From Catajapyx aquilonaris (lineage: Eukaryota): a DNA stretch of 64,000 nt. Each line of letters opens with the position of its first letter. Positions within the stretch are counted from its first letter, which is position 1. Shown piece by piece: positions 12,604-26,379 of this stretch. The translations under genes were made by a program, and so were the position numbers. The stretch spans positions 1 through 64,000 of the forward strand of contig KZ538012.1 in the NCBI GenBank assembly GCA_000934665.2, read 5' to 3'. Below the pieces are notes generated by a model, which saw only the letters and a list, made by a program, of their open reading frames with translations, did no database searches and was not told where the DNA came from.

Positions 12604-13800
12604 CACTGGCGCACCTGGAGGGGGGGGAGTTACGGGTTAACCCCCCACCCAAAGAGCTCCCCTATAGGAAAAAACTGGAAAAAAGAAAAAAAAAACCGGG
12701 GGGGGGGGGGAACCCGCAAAAACCCACAAAAACCCTCTAAAACTGCACAATTGCACTGTTCTATGGGTTCATTTCCGTTTTGGGGTCATACATTCATAGA
12801 AATTATAGTATTATTAATACCCGACAGTGATGTAAACTCCTCCCGCGCCGTACGGCCTACAGCATTGGGAGTTGTGTCAAAATTTTCCCGCGTTTTCTAT
12901 ATTATTTTGCAAACCACTTTTGTTTTTTTGAAATAGTGTCAAGGGAATTTATAAAATGCAAAAAACGCCAACCGCCTCAAAAATTATCCGACCGCGACCT
13001 TTCCACGGAATTCCCATTTTCACCATACCGGGCGCGCACCACCCCCTTGGTGGCGACTCGCTTACTTCTGGACTTCGTGTTACTTCTACAATCCACCGTC
13101 GGATGTCGCTGCTTTGCTGGATGTCATGCTGCCTAGTATAGAATTATTGACAGAAGACGTTTCGGATGATCTCACTGAGAAACCCAGGAAGCTCGAGATA
13201 AGACTGAAATAGTTTGAACCTAGATAAGGATGAATCACATTTTGTGTAATTTTCATATAGGGTATGCGATATGCTCGCCAAATATGGATTAATGTAGGGC
13301 TACCAGATATTTCAAAAAGAACCTGCTGTGTGCGTGATCAGTTTTTTATTTACCTGTCACTTTATGAAACATTTTCCCTACTGTACATATATTTCGTTAT
13401 GATGTGTGTATCTGGAATAAAAACAATAAACTGAGCCATAATTTCATTGTGGACCCCGACAAGAAAATATACTTTCAAAAATTATTCAACTGTACGATGG
13501 CACTAAGGATTTTTGCAGTCAGAAAATAGCAGACAAGTCTGTTGTATCCGGATTCAACAGTACTTGTACATTGTCACTGCTGGAAATATGAAGGGACCGA
13601 TCTTTCTACTTGCTTACGCGTATATCCGATGTGCTTGCAGTGTTGTACTGTATAGCTATATAGGAGGATTCCACTGTACTTTGTCAGTTACATTCACCTA
13701 AGCTTGTGTGACCTTGTACACACACAAAAATTTACCCTGCGGCGGGCTTCCTCATCTGCCACCCCCCACTCCCCAAGAGAAAATTTTGCGTGCGCCACTG
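12604..13800. mobile_element. Non-autonomous hAT-like DNA transposon (about 1.2 kb)
   Basis: Terminal inverted repeats (TIRs) CACTGGCGCAC / GTGCGCCACTG, flanked by a CTGAATG direct repeat (12597-12603, 13801-13807). G/C-run subterminal regions, shared with the 45209 element. Confidence 0.75.
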
Positions 13801-14371
13801 CTGAATGTATGCTTTCTTTCAATCTGGCATGTGTTATTTTAATAATTTTCTAAAAGTAGCTTTTCAAAGTAACTCCTTATAATAATTGGCAGTGTAATAA
13901 GGCCAAAAATATTTTCCTAACTGAGGCTGACAGAGTCTGGAACATCTTGCATATCCAAAGAAGCTTAACCACAGGAGCACACGATTTCTTTAATAATGCA
14001 GTAATTGTTACACTTGAGAGCTATATACAATATTTTTGTTAATTACTTGTAATTTAGTTGTAGGCTATAAAATATAGGCATCAACAGTTCAAAAATAATA
14101 TAATGTCAGAATGCTGACTGGGACTTCAGGCTAGCAGTGTAGGAAGCCCTTTATCCCTTCCCAACCTATTACTACTTGGTAATGTATAAGGATGAGTGAT
14201 AAATATACTGTATTATTCAAGTAAACTGTGGAGTCGTAACATAATAACTTGTAGATCAGTATCAGCGTCATCTTCCCTTCCCATGACTGCTTCTTTCGCC
14301 CACCTACTTCCTCTCCTATATCCTACTGTTTCGTAGCAAAATTACTGTGCGGTTGTATACAGTACAGTGAG

Positions 14372-14455
14372 TACACATGGCTCAGCTCCATAAGGTAACC
14401 CCCACCCATGTAAGGCAATGAGTGGACGCTGCCTTATGAAGCTGAGCGGGGTATA
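14372..14455. mobile_element. Tiny hairpin MITE-like element
   Basis: GCTCAGCTCCATAAGG ... CCTTATGAAGCTGAGC inverted repeat with TA-containing flanks. Confidence 0.5.
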
Positions 14456-16088
14456 ATAAATTAAAGTGCATCATAGCGTATAAGAACCGGAGGAATGGGT
14501 ATAAAACTGGCAGAAAATATTAGATTGCAGTAAGTTATATTGAATTTTGCTTCAATGCAAAATCGTATAAATATTTTTTCGAGCTATATGTAGGCCTAGT
14601 ATACCTATGTATTGGCAAGGACAGTCCCGTAAAATTCGTGTCTGCTGCGTATTTAAATGAGCTGCAGGCATGCATTGTTAAGCATATTTGATATCGCTAC
14701 ATGCGTTCAATGTAGACTTAAGAGCCAATTAGCATATGCATACTATAGACATGGAACTGACTCTGAAGTGATTGCTGTTGTGGAGGAGGTTCTGGAGGGT
14801 GGGGGTGGGGGAGGTTCAGAAGATATTTTTATGGAAAAGCTCTTTACTTTTCGAACGCTCCTCGTAAGTTGAGAACTGGCTGTATGTGACTCGGATGAGA
14901 ATTGAAATGGCCATTAAAGCTACGAAGCCCGTCTCTTCGCCAATTTGTGCGAATTCCGCAAATGGTATGGGGGATTGCTTCCATGATAGGTGCTGACTCA
15001 AGGGGCATTACTTGAACATATTTCACTTGTGGAACCACTTCTAATTGATTCACATTGTGCGATAGTTTATGATGAAGAATGATGATAATGATGTCAGAAA
15101 TATTGACTACAAATACAATACTACCACTAGTCATAATTTTACCGATACTGTTTTAGCTGACCCCACACTGACTCACAAATCCATGGAAATGATCTTCACA
15201 GATGCTACAGCACATACTCGAAGTTTATGAGGCTGAAAATGGCAAGTATGTCGATGGATGGATCTACAGGAATGCGCGTAGGAGGCGGAAAGGGTTATTG
15301 TACATCAGTTTTAGGTCGGTTGTCTCTTCCACGTCGTGACGAAGCGAATACCAGCATCAAAGGTCAGGTTAATTCTCTAAAAATCAGTATATAAATGCGA
15401 TATCCGGTAAAAAAAAAATTCGTCACCCCGAGGGTTTTAAAGGTGAAGATTTTGCGTAAGTCATACAATGAAATTTTGAGAGAAACCGTATATCTTTCAA
15501 TCAGCAGGAAATTCAGGTTTTCTTCCTAGGAATGGAAAGTTCAGGGGAAAATGCGAAGTATTGTGTCGTATCGTATATTGTCAGTTGTTTCTTGTCGCCA
15601 GCAGTTTATACATATCTTGTACCGTTGTATGCTCTTCCTAATCCAGCCAAAATGCCAAAAGGCAAGCATTGCTCGGTATTTTTAGTTGACTTAGAAGCTT
15701 GCACTGTAGGAAAACTATTGATCTTCCTTGCTCACAATCGCGAGTACGATATTTTTACACTTCCACTAAACTTTCCCATTCCCACGAAGGAAAACTGAAT
15801 AGGTCCCTCGGATCAAAAGAAATTTCTTGTTGAAAAAGTCATTGTTCTGCCAGGATGAAAAAAATAGCAATTTGCAAGAGAGTTAATAGCCAGCTAGATA
15901 ATGATGTTTACACGGATTTACGGTTCTGAGGGAACCATATTTGAAATTCGGCGATGGCATTTGCTGTCACTTTTATTTTTAACACCGACCGACATTGGGA
16001 CCAAGTCATTCACTGTTGATGTTTTTGACCTCGCATATTTCAGTGTACTATAGTCACTTGTCGCTTGTACGTAATACGGTACCGGATA

Positions 16089-16349
16089 TTAATAATGGAT
16101 ATCCCGTGATAGGCCCCTTGGGCCTCTTAGGGATCATCTTTTGAAAAGCCGACTTTAATCATTTGCTTGAAATGTGATGGATTTTGATAGTGGGAGGAAA
16201 CGGGAGAACCCCGAGAAAACCCACGCGAACACAGAGAGAACCCATCGAAACTCTATCCACATAAGTATCCTCCGTCCGACCCGGGGATCGAACTGGGGAC
16301 CTTAGAGGTGGAAGGCTGCGGCGCTAACCACTCGGCCACCGTGTCGCCC
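16089..16349 (-). mobile_element. tRNA-derived SINE family B (V-domain-like core), full length
   Basis: Head with A box TGGCCGAGTGG, B box GTTCGATCC and a TCC anticodon-like loop; core GTGTTCGCGTGGGTTTTCTCGGGGTTCTCCCGTTTTCCTCCCAC; perfect 14-bp TSD TACGGTACCGGATA (16075-16088, 16350-16363). Confidence 0.92.
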
Positions 16350-18132
16350 TACGGTACCGGATAACCTGAGACGAAAATATTATTTCGTATACTGTAGATA
16401 GATGTTTATAGTGTTGTTTACGCTGACATCCACAGTTACTGGATGTTGGGTGATGCGCGACTTTGTCTCCATAAAATATAACCATCGTAATTCTAATAGT
16501 GCCAAAATAAATATAGGGTTGGAGAAACTGTCACATAACATTATGGTGTCGATAATAAATGAATCTACGGCACAACACAAGACCAGCACACCGTAAAGGT
16601 ACAAAACGATAGTTATCAACGTGGTGTATGTTGTGTATAGGACCTTTCATCAGTACCGCACACAGCAACTTTCTACAGTACCGTGTAACACTCATAGATT
16701 ATGCCATTTTATCAGAATTATGACAGGTCATATGTGAAAAAAAGGTTGTTACGATCCGCTCCGATAACTACTTTGATTCGCTTGGATATGCTTGGACCCA
16801 CACAACTCCTATCCTTAATTCAAAGTGTTGGATTATTATTTTTGAAGTAGCCTATAGTATATTTTAAAACCCAATATTTCATTGGGAAAGTTCTATTTTA
16901 ACCCTTGGATATAATGTCATACGATACGTATAAGTCAGAGGAATCGAACATTCCGACAAAAAATACGAGATTCACCCGATATTCCCATGAATGTCCGATC
17001 CCTGACCCAGCCCATTATTTTTCGGAATTGAGACACATTACTAACGACCAATATTATGGACATGTACTCCAGGTATACTGGCAAAACTGATACTAATACG
17101 GCAAGATAGTGTGACAACTTCTGTAACATTCGGAAATTGACGTTCTTTCTGATGTTTGTATAGGACCATTCAGATGATAGATTCTGAAATTATACGGACT
17201 TGTGGGAATCTCAATGCGAATGAATCAGTTAGCTTTGTTGATATGATATTTTGTGCCTCTACCTTTTCGTCTCATTTTGAGATCAAGAATCTTCTCCTGT
17301 CAATTTCCTAATTATAACTGCGAAAACGTGGCTACTGGCCAGTTGGGTACAGACTATGTTCCTGTTCTGTCTCTCTTAAAAACCGTCTGATCAATAAATC
17401 ATATTAGTTCCCATTCTAAAATGTGATCTCTGAAGTCATCATTTCTGTTGACATTTTACTGAGGTCCCTATAGGCACGGTTCACTAAATATTGTTCTGCA
17501 CTGATTTTTAATTTCAGCCCATCCCGGCATGATACATGAGTTACCTAATAGTACACTCTTCTAATAGCCCTTTTATTGCTATTGATCAGGCTTGCTTCCC
17601 TATATTACATCAATGCCTCTTTTTAACAGCAGCTATTATTGAATATCACTATGCTCAATGACTAGCAGGAGTAAATACCTGGTTGTAGTGGTATCAATCC
17701 TGGGTTGTGCTGGTATATGAATAAATACAACGTAATTTCTCAGGTTGGGTCGAAATTAGGTCCATTATTCAAGTTGGCGTAATCACTTTCGAATTTTGCA
17801 ATTTAAAATGTTCCAAAGTTACAAGATGTTCCTATGTCACTGTAATAGTTATGCAGGTCTTCATATAGATTCAGTCTTTTTTTACGAAGGTAGCTCTGAC
17901 CCAGTTGATTATGCTCGATGTAGAGCTAAAGGTGATTTGTTATAAATACAATAATTATTACGCCTATGGAGAACTTATAGAGCAGTACTGTATTTTGATT
18001 GTGCTGTTCACATAATATGATGTGATTTGCAGATATTCTCAATGTGCTATTTCAAAAGTTGCAACTATCACAATATAGTGCAGTAGTGACATAGTGCAGT
18101 CGTACATTCGAGTTTAGAGGCATCTGCATATA

Positions 18133-18570
18133 CAGGGTGTATCAAAACTCTACCATAAGCCATATGCCAATGGCATAAGGGGCACCAGGGGATCAATTAA
18201 TGTAGAGGAGTCATTATGTCTGGGCAGCCTCATTACTGAGATAATTGATCATTTGCGTTTTAGCAATTGGGCCTAAGAGTGATTGTCACAGACTGTCACA
18301 GATGGTCACAAATTGTCACAGATCACATGCGACATGCAGTACACATGCGACATGCTAGTAGCTAAATGGAAAAGCTGCTATTTTCACGAGTGATGCGTTG
18401 TCGGGGCTGAAGGTTTCCATACCTCCCAGGATACTTTGTACTACGTGTTTGAAGGCAATTATCTCCGTAATGAGGCGGCCTAGAGATGATGACCCCTCTA
18501 CATATAATGATGCTCTGGTGCCCCTTATGCCATTGGCATATGGCTTATGGTAGAGTTTTGATACACCCTG
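18133..18570. mobile_element. Tc1/mariner-type MITE with about 115-bp TIRs
   Basis: TA|CAGGGTGTATCAAAACTCTACCATAAGCC ... GGCTTATGGTAGAGTTTTGATACACCCTG|TA; internal 10-bp tandem repeats (GATTGTCACA-like). Confidence 0.92.
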
Positions 18571-19049
18571 TATCAGAGATTCCGTATCCAAATTTCGAGA
18601 AAATCATTCGAGAGAACTTTTGGAGTTTGTGTCTTATACAAGGGTCAATATGATGCAAATAGAATGCAAATAGTGGGCATGGAACTGCCAATACCACCCT
18701 AATGTGAGTATGCCATGTTGAGAGAAAGCGGTGTAAAGACACGATGAAGCAGGAATTAAAGGTAGTAATGAAAAATGATTCACAAGTGATCATATTGGCT
18801 TATGCATCAATAAGACCGTAAGGAGAAGAACGGGTAGAACTATTTGGTCCAGCACCATTTTAACCGTAGATCCTCCCAAGATTCAAGGAGGTAAAGTCGA
18901 TTACCGTTGCTCATGTCACATTTTACACTTCTACATTTTTGCCTTGTTTTTGTCTCTGAATTAGTTTTTCATCAACTCACTATTTGCCGTTGTAACAGTA
19001 TGGCCATTAGCCAGAACCGATATGTACAATTTCAATATTTGAAACTCGA

Positions 19050-19700
19050 CGGTGCACCCTGACTCAATTTTTAAGCTTGGATTCGCCATTTTTAGATTTT
19101 CCCCATTTTTCTGTGGAGTTTAGTAATAATTTTGTTTGCATTCCTGGTATATGCATTATGTGACCTGCATAACATAGTTTAAAAGTATTGACCTGATTGT
19201 TACCATCACAATCATACTGAAATTGTACAAAAACAGGTGCTCCAAAATTAGTGTCCTGACCCTTTAAATCTTCTGGGTCTAACCTGCTAAAGCGTCTTCT
19301 CCACTGATCACAATATTGCCAGCCTGATCGCATTGCTTGACTCATGTGACGATATGATTAAGATTGATCTCATTCTTAGTATTACGATAAACACATTCAG
19401 ACATACCGTACTTGCCTAGAACACTAATGTGAAAGAGTGCTTGAGCCGATTTTCGATTCCTTTCCTGCCATTTGTCTTGCAGTCATCTGACTAATTTGAT
19501 CCTTTCTAAGGCAGAGAGGCTATCATTAGAGGAACAGTTCGATAACATTTGGCCTGTACTATCAGTGGAATCATACCTTAAGATTTGTAGAAGAAGGGGA
19601 ATACATTCTTTTGTTATATCCGATAAGCGCTTGCCCATTAAAATGCGATGCAGCAATTTGGAGAGATTACCTTACTCATCCGCACACAGCGATAGGAAAG
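19050..19700 (-). pseudogene. Decayed RTE-clade LINE, reverse transcriptase C-terminal region
   Basis: KLCYAGHIMHIPGMQTKLLLNSTEKWGKSKNGESK resembles the RTE C-terminal pattern L.YFGHI.R....K.....GKR.RGRP; multiple stops and frameshifts. Confidence 0.5.
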
Positions 19701-22056
19701 CAAAAAAAATAATCGTAAAAATGATAATCTTTATCGATTTTCCAATAAAATCTGGACAGTAATAAGTTCAGTTTATTTTTGGGTAGTGGAAACCTTCATG
19801 AATATGCTATACCACTAACGAAGGTAGAATGATATAATGGACAAGTGGCCCATTAGTGCAATGGGAAGTGCAAAGTCAACGGGAAATAGTGTCAGAGGGT
19901 AAATTAAGAAAAAAATGTAGACGCACAAAATGTCATATTAATGACAGTACACGTCGTATATAGCAGAGTTGATTTGTAATGCCATTCTATTTCTGCACAC
20001 ACCATGCGTAGGATCGCCATAATATGACTCATTTGTCTGTACGTTTGATACTATTACTTGTATGATATTTTGTGCCTCTACCTTTTTTCCATGTAATTAG
20101 CCCATAAACACATTTCCGTTAAATTTGTATTTTTATTGGCTACATTGTAGCAGTGCGGACTTAGCAAGTAGACATATCCGGATACTTCTGTTTCTGCAGG
20201 CGTCCAAATAAATTGCCGTTTTAAACAGAAACAATGACGTAAGGAGATATATTTTATATTTATATTTTAAAATGTATGTCCACTCTGTGAAGTATAACGT
20301 GAGACATAGCAACATCCCAATGATCCTGGTGTTTTGGGCAAAATATCCTACCAGGTACTGTGCGTTTCTGCCCCTTGAGATCTCGCCTAGATTAATTGTA
20401 TATTATAAAAATAAAAAGTTTCGCTAAAAGTTTCATTAATGGCCACCATATGCCTTATGTTCTATTAATGGAGAATAATATTTTCCAATAATAACAATCG
20501 TTATAAATTATATCTTAGTAATATTTGCAATCTATTGTTACCCCCCCCCCCTCCCCATTCAAGTACAGGACAGTACATTCACCTCATGGGGCACAGATTA
20601 TAATCAATATTGCACAAGTTGATTTTTTCATATGTATTTTTGTGCTGTTCCTTCCTGTTGCTGGAAATTGAAACATGGTTGATTTGGAGAAATTTTCAAC
20701 AATTAAGTGCCTTTGTTCAAAAAAGAGATAATAAGTGACTTTCCCTAGTTTTTACTGATATTTTGGCAAAATATCTCTCGAACCCTTACCATGCTAGTCT
20801 ACGCATAATATAGAAAAAGAGAACCTTCACCTCCATCACAGTGCTAGACCCTCCCGGAGAGACCTCCCGTTCATATTTATAAACTGTGAACTGGCGGATC
20901 TAATACCTACCACTCATTCCTTACGCAATGCAACAACGCAATGTTCCCTGCAGGTCATAAAGGAACAAGTCACACCGTTGCTGGAATAAAAATTGTATCA
21001 CACCAGAGACCATAAACTGTGTGACAGTGATGAAAATACATCAACTTCGTTATTGAAGGTGGAAGTCCAATGCATTGTTGGCAGGCAAATAAAGTTTCAG
21101 AATAAAATGTAACTTCAGCGTAATTCTTTGAGGCTGACGGAAGATGACATGGGCTTATTTACAGCATGTATTGGTATAATGTAACAATTAAAGTTTCATG
21201 CTATTTAACGATTGCGTTATTTTCAAACTTCAATGGTAATTTTCTCAGAACTTCATTATTTTTGCACTTACCTAGTTTTTTTTGCATGTACGTGTAGCCT
21301 TCAGTTAAAAATAGTTTCATATTACTGTATAATGCCTGTTGGATTCCATTCACTTACCTGGATAATAAAAACTTGACATTCACATTACAGTATTTACATA
21401 ATATGCCAGCAAAATTAAAATATATTAAACAACAGAAAATGATAAGGAGAATGTGCATGCAATGCTGTTTCACGTTAATATGTGGGATATTCCACATAAG
21501 AGAAGCTGCACTGTAGACAGTGTAGAGTCTACAGTTAGAGCCAACATGCTACAGTACAAAATATGTGGGCTGAAATCAAAATATCGCCTGCTTATTTTGT
21601 CGAGATAGGGTGATTGGATTACAAAATAGTTGTGAGGTATTCGAAAGTTGGAAATCCTCAGCTGTTTCATACAGTATACATGACTGGCTAGAGATCGTTT
21701 AACGCAGTAGGTTCCACGGTCTGTATAGGACAGACGGTAGTAGTATTTTTTGCGACTTGAAAATATTCTAAGGTGAACAACATACTGTATTAAGAAAAAG
21801 TAGCAAACGCCATACATGATAAAGTGTGTGTATAATTAATAACTTTCTTATTCGGTTGCCCGCTTAGATAAGACTTTTTGGTTTGCCTTGTCATTTCTAT
21901 GCGTAAGCAGACTAATTTTATATTTTATTAATATCGAACATAACCGTCTTTTCGACTGTCTTTCAGTTATGGAGACTAATTATTCCTGAAAATATAGTCC
22001 GTTATGTGATGCCTTCGTATTACTTTTTGGTGAGATAAGATTAAGAAATCCTTATG

Positions 22057-22408
22057 TTTTTTTTGTTTACCCGATTTAGAGGGAACTAAGCCCTTTTAGG
22101 GGGGGGTGGATTACCACCATTTGAATAATTTTCAACATTTTGTTCGGACTCCGTGCAAGGACAATTAGGGAAGTGGGGTAAGGATGGGGGGGGAGGGAGT
22201 TGGGAGGGGACACAGGTGCAAGTGCAATGTCTGAAAAGGGTCATGTGCAGTCCCCCAGGAGGCCGGTTGCCAAGACGTCTTCTTAGTATAGGTGCGGGCC
22301 AGAGACCCACTGACGCAAGCGAGAGGTAACTCCCGGGCGGGGATTAGAACCCGGGACCTTTCGCACAGCAAGCCGAGACGTTACCATCTCGGCCACTGCA
22401 CCTTCCCC
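22057..22408 (-). mobile_element. tRNA-derived SINE family C, copy 1
   Basis: Head TGGCCGAGATGG...GGTCCCGGGTTCTAATCC; body homologous to 35870-36213 (GACTGCACATGACCC...TGCACCTGTGTC); tail GGTGGTAATCCACCCCCCCCTAA, hairpin, CGGGTAAA, then an A-rich tract. Confidence 0.85.
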
Positions 22409-22547
22409 CCTTATGATTATCATTTTTTATGTCCCAAGCACTCGCTGCACTTGCAAACCAATTTAGTGTAGTGTAACCTTGTGCCTCTCACGTTAGATCT
22501 CTTGTGTATTCGCTTTAGAAATGCGAAAGAAACACGCACGTATAACA

Positions 22548-22923
22548 CAGCGTGTTCCCGAATTCGTCTGCCAAAATGATATGGGTGGAGGGAAGAAGCA
22601 TGGCATGGGCCCGAAAGGTCGTCGACGATGTTGACGGTTGAAGATGTCTATCCTGGCACGTATGGATACACCCGTACGTTCCTGCACTGGTGGTTGCAGA
22701 TGGTCAGGCGCTAGCAGTACCAGACCCTTGCTCAACCGCCTGACCCCGGCAACCAGCAATGCAGATATGCATGGGGGTATCCATACCTACCAGGATAGAC
22801 ATCGTTGATGTCAAAGGTCGGCATCTCCAAAAAGGATCTTCATCGGCCTTTCGGGTCTATGCCTTTACCTGCGCACCCCCTACCACCTATATAATTTTGG
22901 CAGACGAATTCAGGAACACGCTG
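22548..22923. mobile_element. Almost fully palindromic MITE (376 bp), Tc1/mariner-like ends
   Basis: CAGCGTGTTCCCGAATTCGTCTGCCAAAAT ... ATTTTGGCAGACGAATTCAGGAACACGCTG|TA; complementarity continues inward (GATGTCTATCCTGG/CCAGGATAGACATC; GGTCAGGCG/CGCCTGACC). Confidence 0.9.
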
Positions 22924-24868
22924 TATACAGGGAAGTTAGTAACTCCCGCATTTGCTCCAGGTACAGTACGTATACTGTATACCTTGCCATATTCTAATAC
23001 AAAAAATTCGGTATAGTTTATTTTCCCCGAGAAGAATAATTGTGCCATGAGCTGCGAGATTGCATTTTTTTATGTGGTTACCGCTGTACAGTATAGAAAA
23101 TATCCTGCAGTTCCCAACTCCCGTTTAGCAACCACGCCTAACGGGTTGTGAGCCCTTTAGGATATGCCATATAATGCCTTTTTTCTATTCTTAATAATTG
23201 AGCCTCGCAGAAATAATTATGTGCACGTTTTACCTAAATATTTTAGAAAGTTGTGCGCAAGTTACATTATTCAATGATCGAGGTGTGACAGTAGACAGTA
23301 TGTTGGGCATTTGGTAGGGCACAGGAAGTAGGCCTATAGTCTACAGTATGTTTAGGGTATTTTTGTTTCTGTGATTAGCAGGCCATTTTTATTAATGTCT
23401 TGCAATAGAGTATTATTTTCTCTCAGCAAATGCGGCCTCGCTTTTATAAAAATTCTAGTTATTTACGTTAAGAGATTAATATTTGTATAGTTTTATTTCA
23501 TGTAAAAAAATGTCGTGGCATCAAATATTTTTTCTGGATCTTACCAGTTACTTGTACAGTACAATAGATCAATGCTTTAGCGTTTAGCCTACCCAAAACA
23601 ACTCCGTGAGTTACTGACTACCCGCAGTTGTAACATGCTTTGCTTATCTCCATATAACAGTCTCTTTGAAACACTGCCTAACACATACACTTTGCTCATA
23701 TACAGTATTTATTCTGATGAGTAAGAGCAGAAGTCCACATGAGAAATAATTGACGTTGTTTATGAGAGAGTGTGCTACTAGTATAGGATCATTATATATA
23801 GGTCTAGAACAATATTAAGTTACACGGAAATATATCTTAAAAGATATCACATGCAGTAGTTATTCTTGTCCATTGCTGAGGATTTTAGACCAGATTTTTA
23901 TGATACTGATTACTTCAAAATAGGATGTTATTGAGGTCTGGTACCGGTATATCATTAGTATTCAAGTGATCTTAGAGCATAGAGTTATTTATGTAAATCA
24001 AGCCCATGTGTAAATACAGTAGAATACCTGTGCAGTAGCCTACACGGACCTGAAATGGACAACGATCAGAGCGGCAGTTTGGTCAAAATGAGTTAGGAAA
24101 TGCATAATGTATTCCAATAAAATAATACTCACTGTCAATTATTTTGTCAGATCAGTTTTTAGCTAGAGCAATATTACACTCTTGCAGATAAATGCTTGAC
24201 AAGATATGATTTCATAAGGAAAACCTTCAACTCTCGAAATCAGTCAAATGTGACTCTGTTCTGCATTGAAGGGCTTCATAAATCTAGCAACAAGTGGATG
24301 ACTTTTATCACTATCAAAAGTGATCAGTGATCCACCCCTCGCAGTGTTGGGATTGAGCTCGTCACTCGACAGAAGCCAGCGAATTGAAACATGAAAAGAA
24401 GAGATCATGCTGACGTGCTAGCCACATCACCAATGGGATAAACCAAGGTAGATGGATATTTCCGAGCTGGAACTGACAGGTTGAATCATGCAAAAATAAT
24501 CTAGATTTTCCCTATACCCGTAGGAATTGGAGATTATTTTCTTCACTAGTAGCTCACGGACCAGTCACGGACAAACATGAAACATTACGCCCTGCAATAC
24601 TCACTGAAAGGATGACGGCTTAATTTACAACGGAGTAGCTTTTTTTTTCTAACGAGAAACTGTTCTCGTGGGCGTAATGGTGGGATAATTAGGCCTACAC
24701 ACCGCTGCGTTTCCTCTCGGCAAGAGGTACTGGGCCCCCACGTGTACAGTATCCCAACTAACAACATTATTAACTGCCACGGTTTTTAAAATAGCAGAAT
24801 GTCATCTTGGTCTTGATGAAGCGTTTACACCCATGCACTGGAGAAAGGAGGTACGCCATAGAATAATA

Positions 24869-25599
24869 CAGGGTGTCCCTAAATGATTGTCAACATTTGA
24901 AAGTTGCTTAATTTCTATTAGATGCTGTGTGCAATGACAAGACAGACATAGAACGAAAGAGCACATTTGGGAGTTTTTATTGCACACAGAAAAGTTGGTT
25001 CCGCACTTTGCCGCGAGGCACACAGGGCCACTCCACAAAATGGTGTCTCCCGAACAGAAAACGTTCCGTGTCCTGCAGTTTGCAAAGCTTGGTTCGGTAG
25101 TTACTGTTCAGCAGGCCTTACGGCGACAGTACGGAGGACGTTACGCTCCTCCCTACAATAATTCAACGGTGGTTCCAGAAGTTTCAGACGACGGGATGCC
25201 TTTTCAAGGGCAAGGATTGGCGGATCGGGCAGCCGGTCAGCAAGATCTGGGTTTTCTCCAGTGGCCGCCAAGGTCTCCCAACCTCACCCCATGTTACTTT
25301 TTCCCCTCGGGGTATATGTAAAGGACCAGGTCTTCGTACCACGGCTACGTACCAGCCTGTGTGAGTTGAAACGCAGGATTGTTGCTCCTGTGGAATCAAT
25401 CAATCAGACATGCTGGCCTGTGTAGAGAATTGGACTATCATGTTGTGTGACGAAAGGTGCTCATATTGAGCACTTCTAGTGTGTGCAATAAAAACTCCCA
25501 AATGTGCTCTTTCATTCTATGTCTGTCTTGTCATTGCACACCGCATCTAATAGAAATTAAGCAACTTTCAAATGTTGACAATCATTTAGGGACACCCTG
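24869..25599 (+). mobile_element. Internally deleted IS630-Tc1-mariner element with transposase remnants
   Basis: About 120-bp TIRs TA|CAGGGTGTCCCTAAATGATTGTCAAC...GACACCCTG|TA. An N-terminal HTH-like MVSPEQKTFRVLQFAKLGSVVTVQQALRRQY is joined to C-terminal WPPRSPNLTPCYFF..GY.KDQVF...GAHIEHF; the central DDE region is deleted. Confidence 0.93.
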
Positions 25600-26379
25600 T
25601 ATTGTAGTCTCAGGAGCAGTTTTTAAAATCCGCACATATTGAAGGTATATAGGCGGGCTACTGGAAGTAGTCAACGGATATCCTATGTAGCAGGCATATG
25701 TCCAGTACTTCTGTAACCTTCCACTCTTCAATTTCCATGGAGCTGCCCTCAAGCAACAAAAGAAATAAACAGTGTCCATTTGTTGACACTGTAGCAAGGT
25801 GGATGTAATTCGGTGGCTCCTCTAGGGGCTGGGTTGGGATGCCCGTCAGCAAGGCAAAAGCGGGTTCAAATTTTCTCAGCCTGGACCTAAGGTCGACGCA
25901 AGTGCGCTCTGGCGGAGGCCCAGGCGTTGATAAATATGTTCACTTCTCTACTTTCAGTCTATGGTTCTAGGCCTGGTCAAGCGTCTGTGGTCTCAAAGAT
26001 TAAGAATAGAAGAGAGCCTATTCACTTTTTTTTTGGTGGTCGCCCTAATGTCGATCGTCGCGCGCTCTCTCGGCAGATTTCTAAGCTGATTTCCCCTTCG
26101 AGAGAGGCGTCACGAATAAGCAGCTATTTTGGCCCAAGTGGAGGCACCGCTGTTCCCTGCACCGTGCACTGTAGGCACTGAAGTAAGTGTTCAACTACGA
26201 ATAAAGTGGCAAGTTTGAATGCACGTTGCCGCCGGTTAGCTGAGCGTTGCAAAATGGAGGGAATCGTAGGCAGCTGGCAGAATTGATTAATGGTTTAGAT
26301 GCACCTATAATTCTGGAATGCTAGAGGAAACAGTTAACGATCTGCACAGGCTGCAACAATACGTAGGCCTATAATTATT

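Noticed and set aside
13150..13200. Possible Penelope-type hammerhead ribozyme (minus-strand CCGAAACGTC); also CTGATGAG at about 23714 and 55770
   Set aside because: No complete CUGANGA...GAAA core with compatible stems could be assembled at any of these sites.
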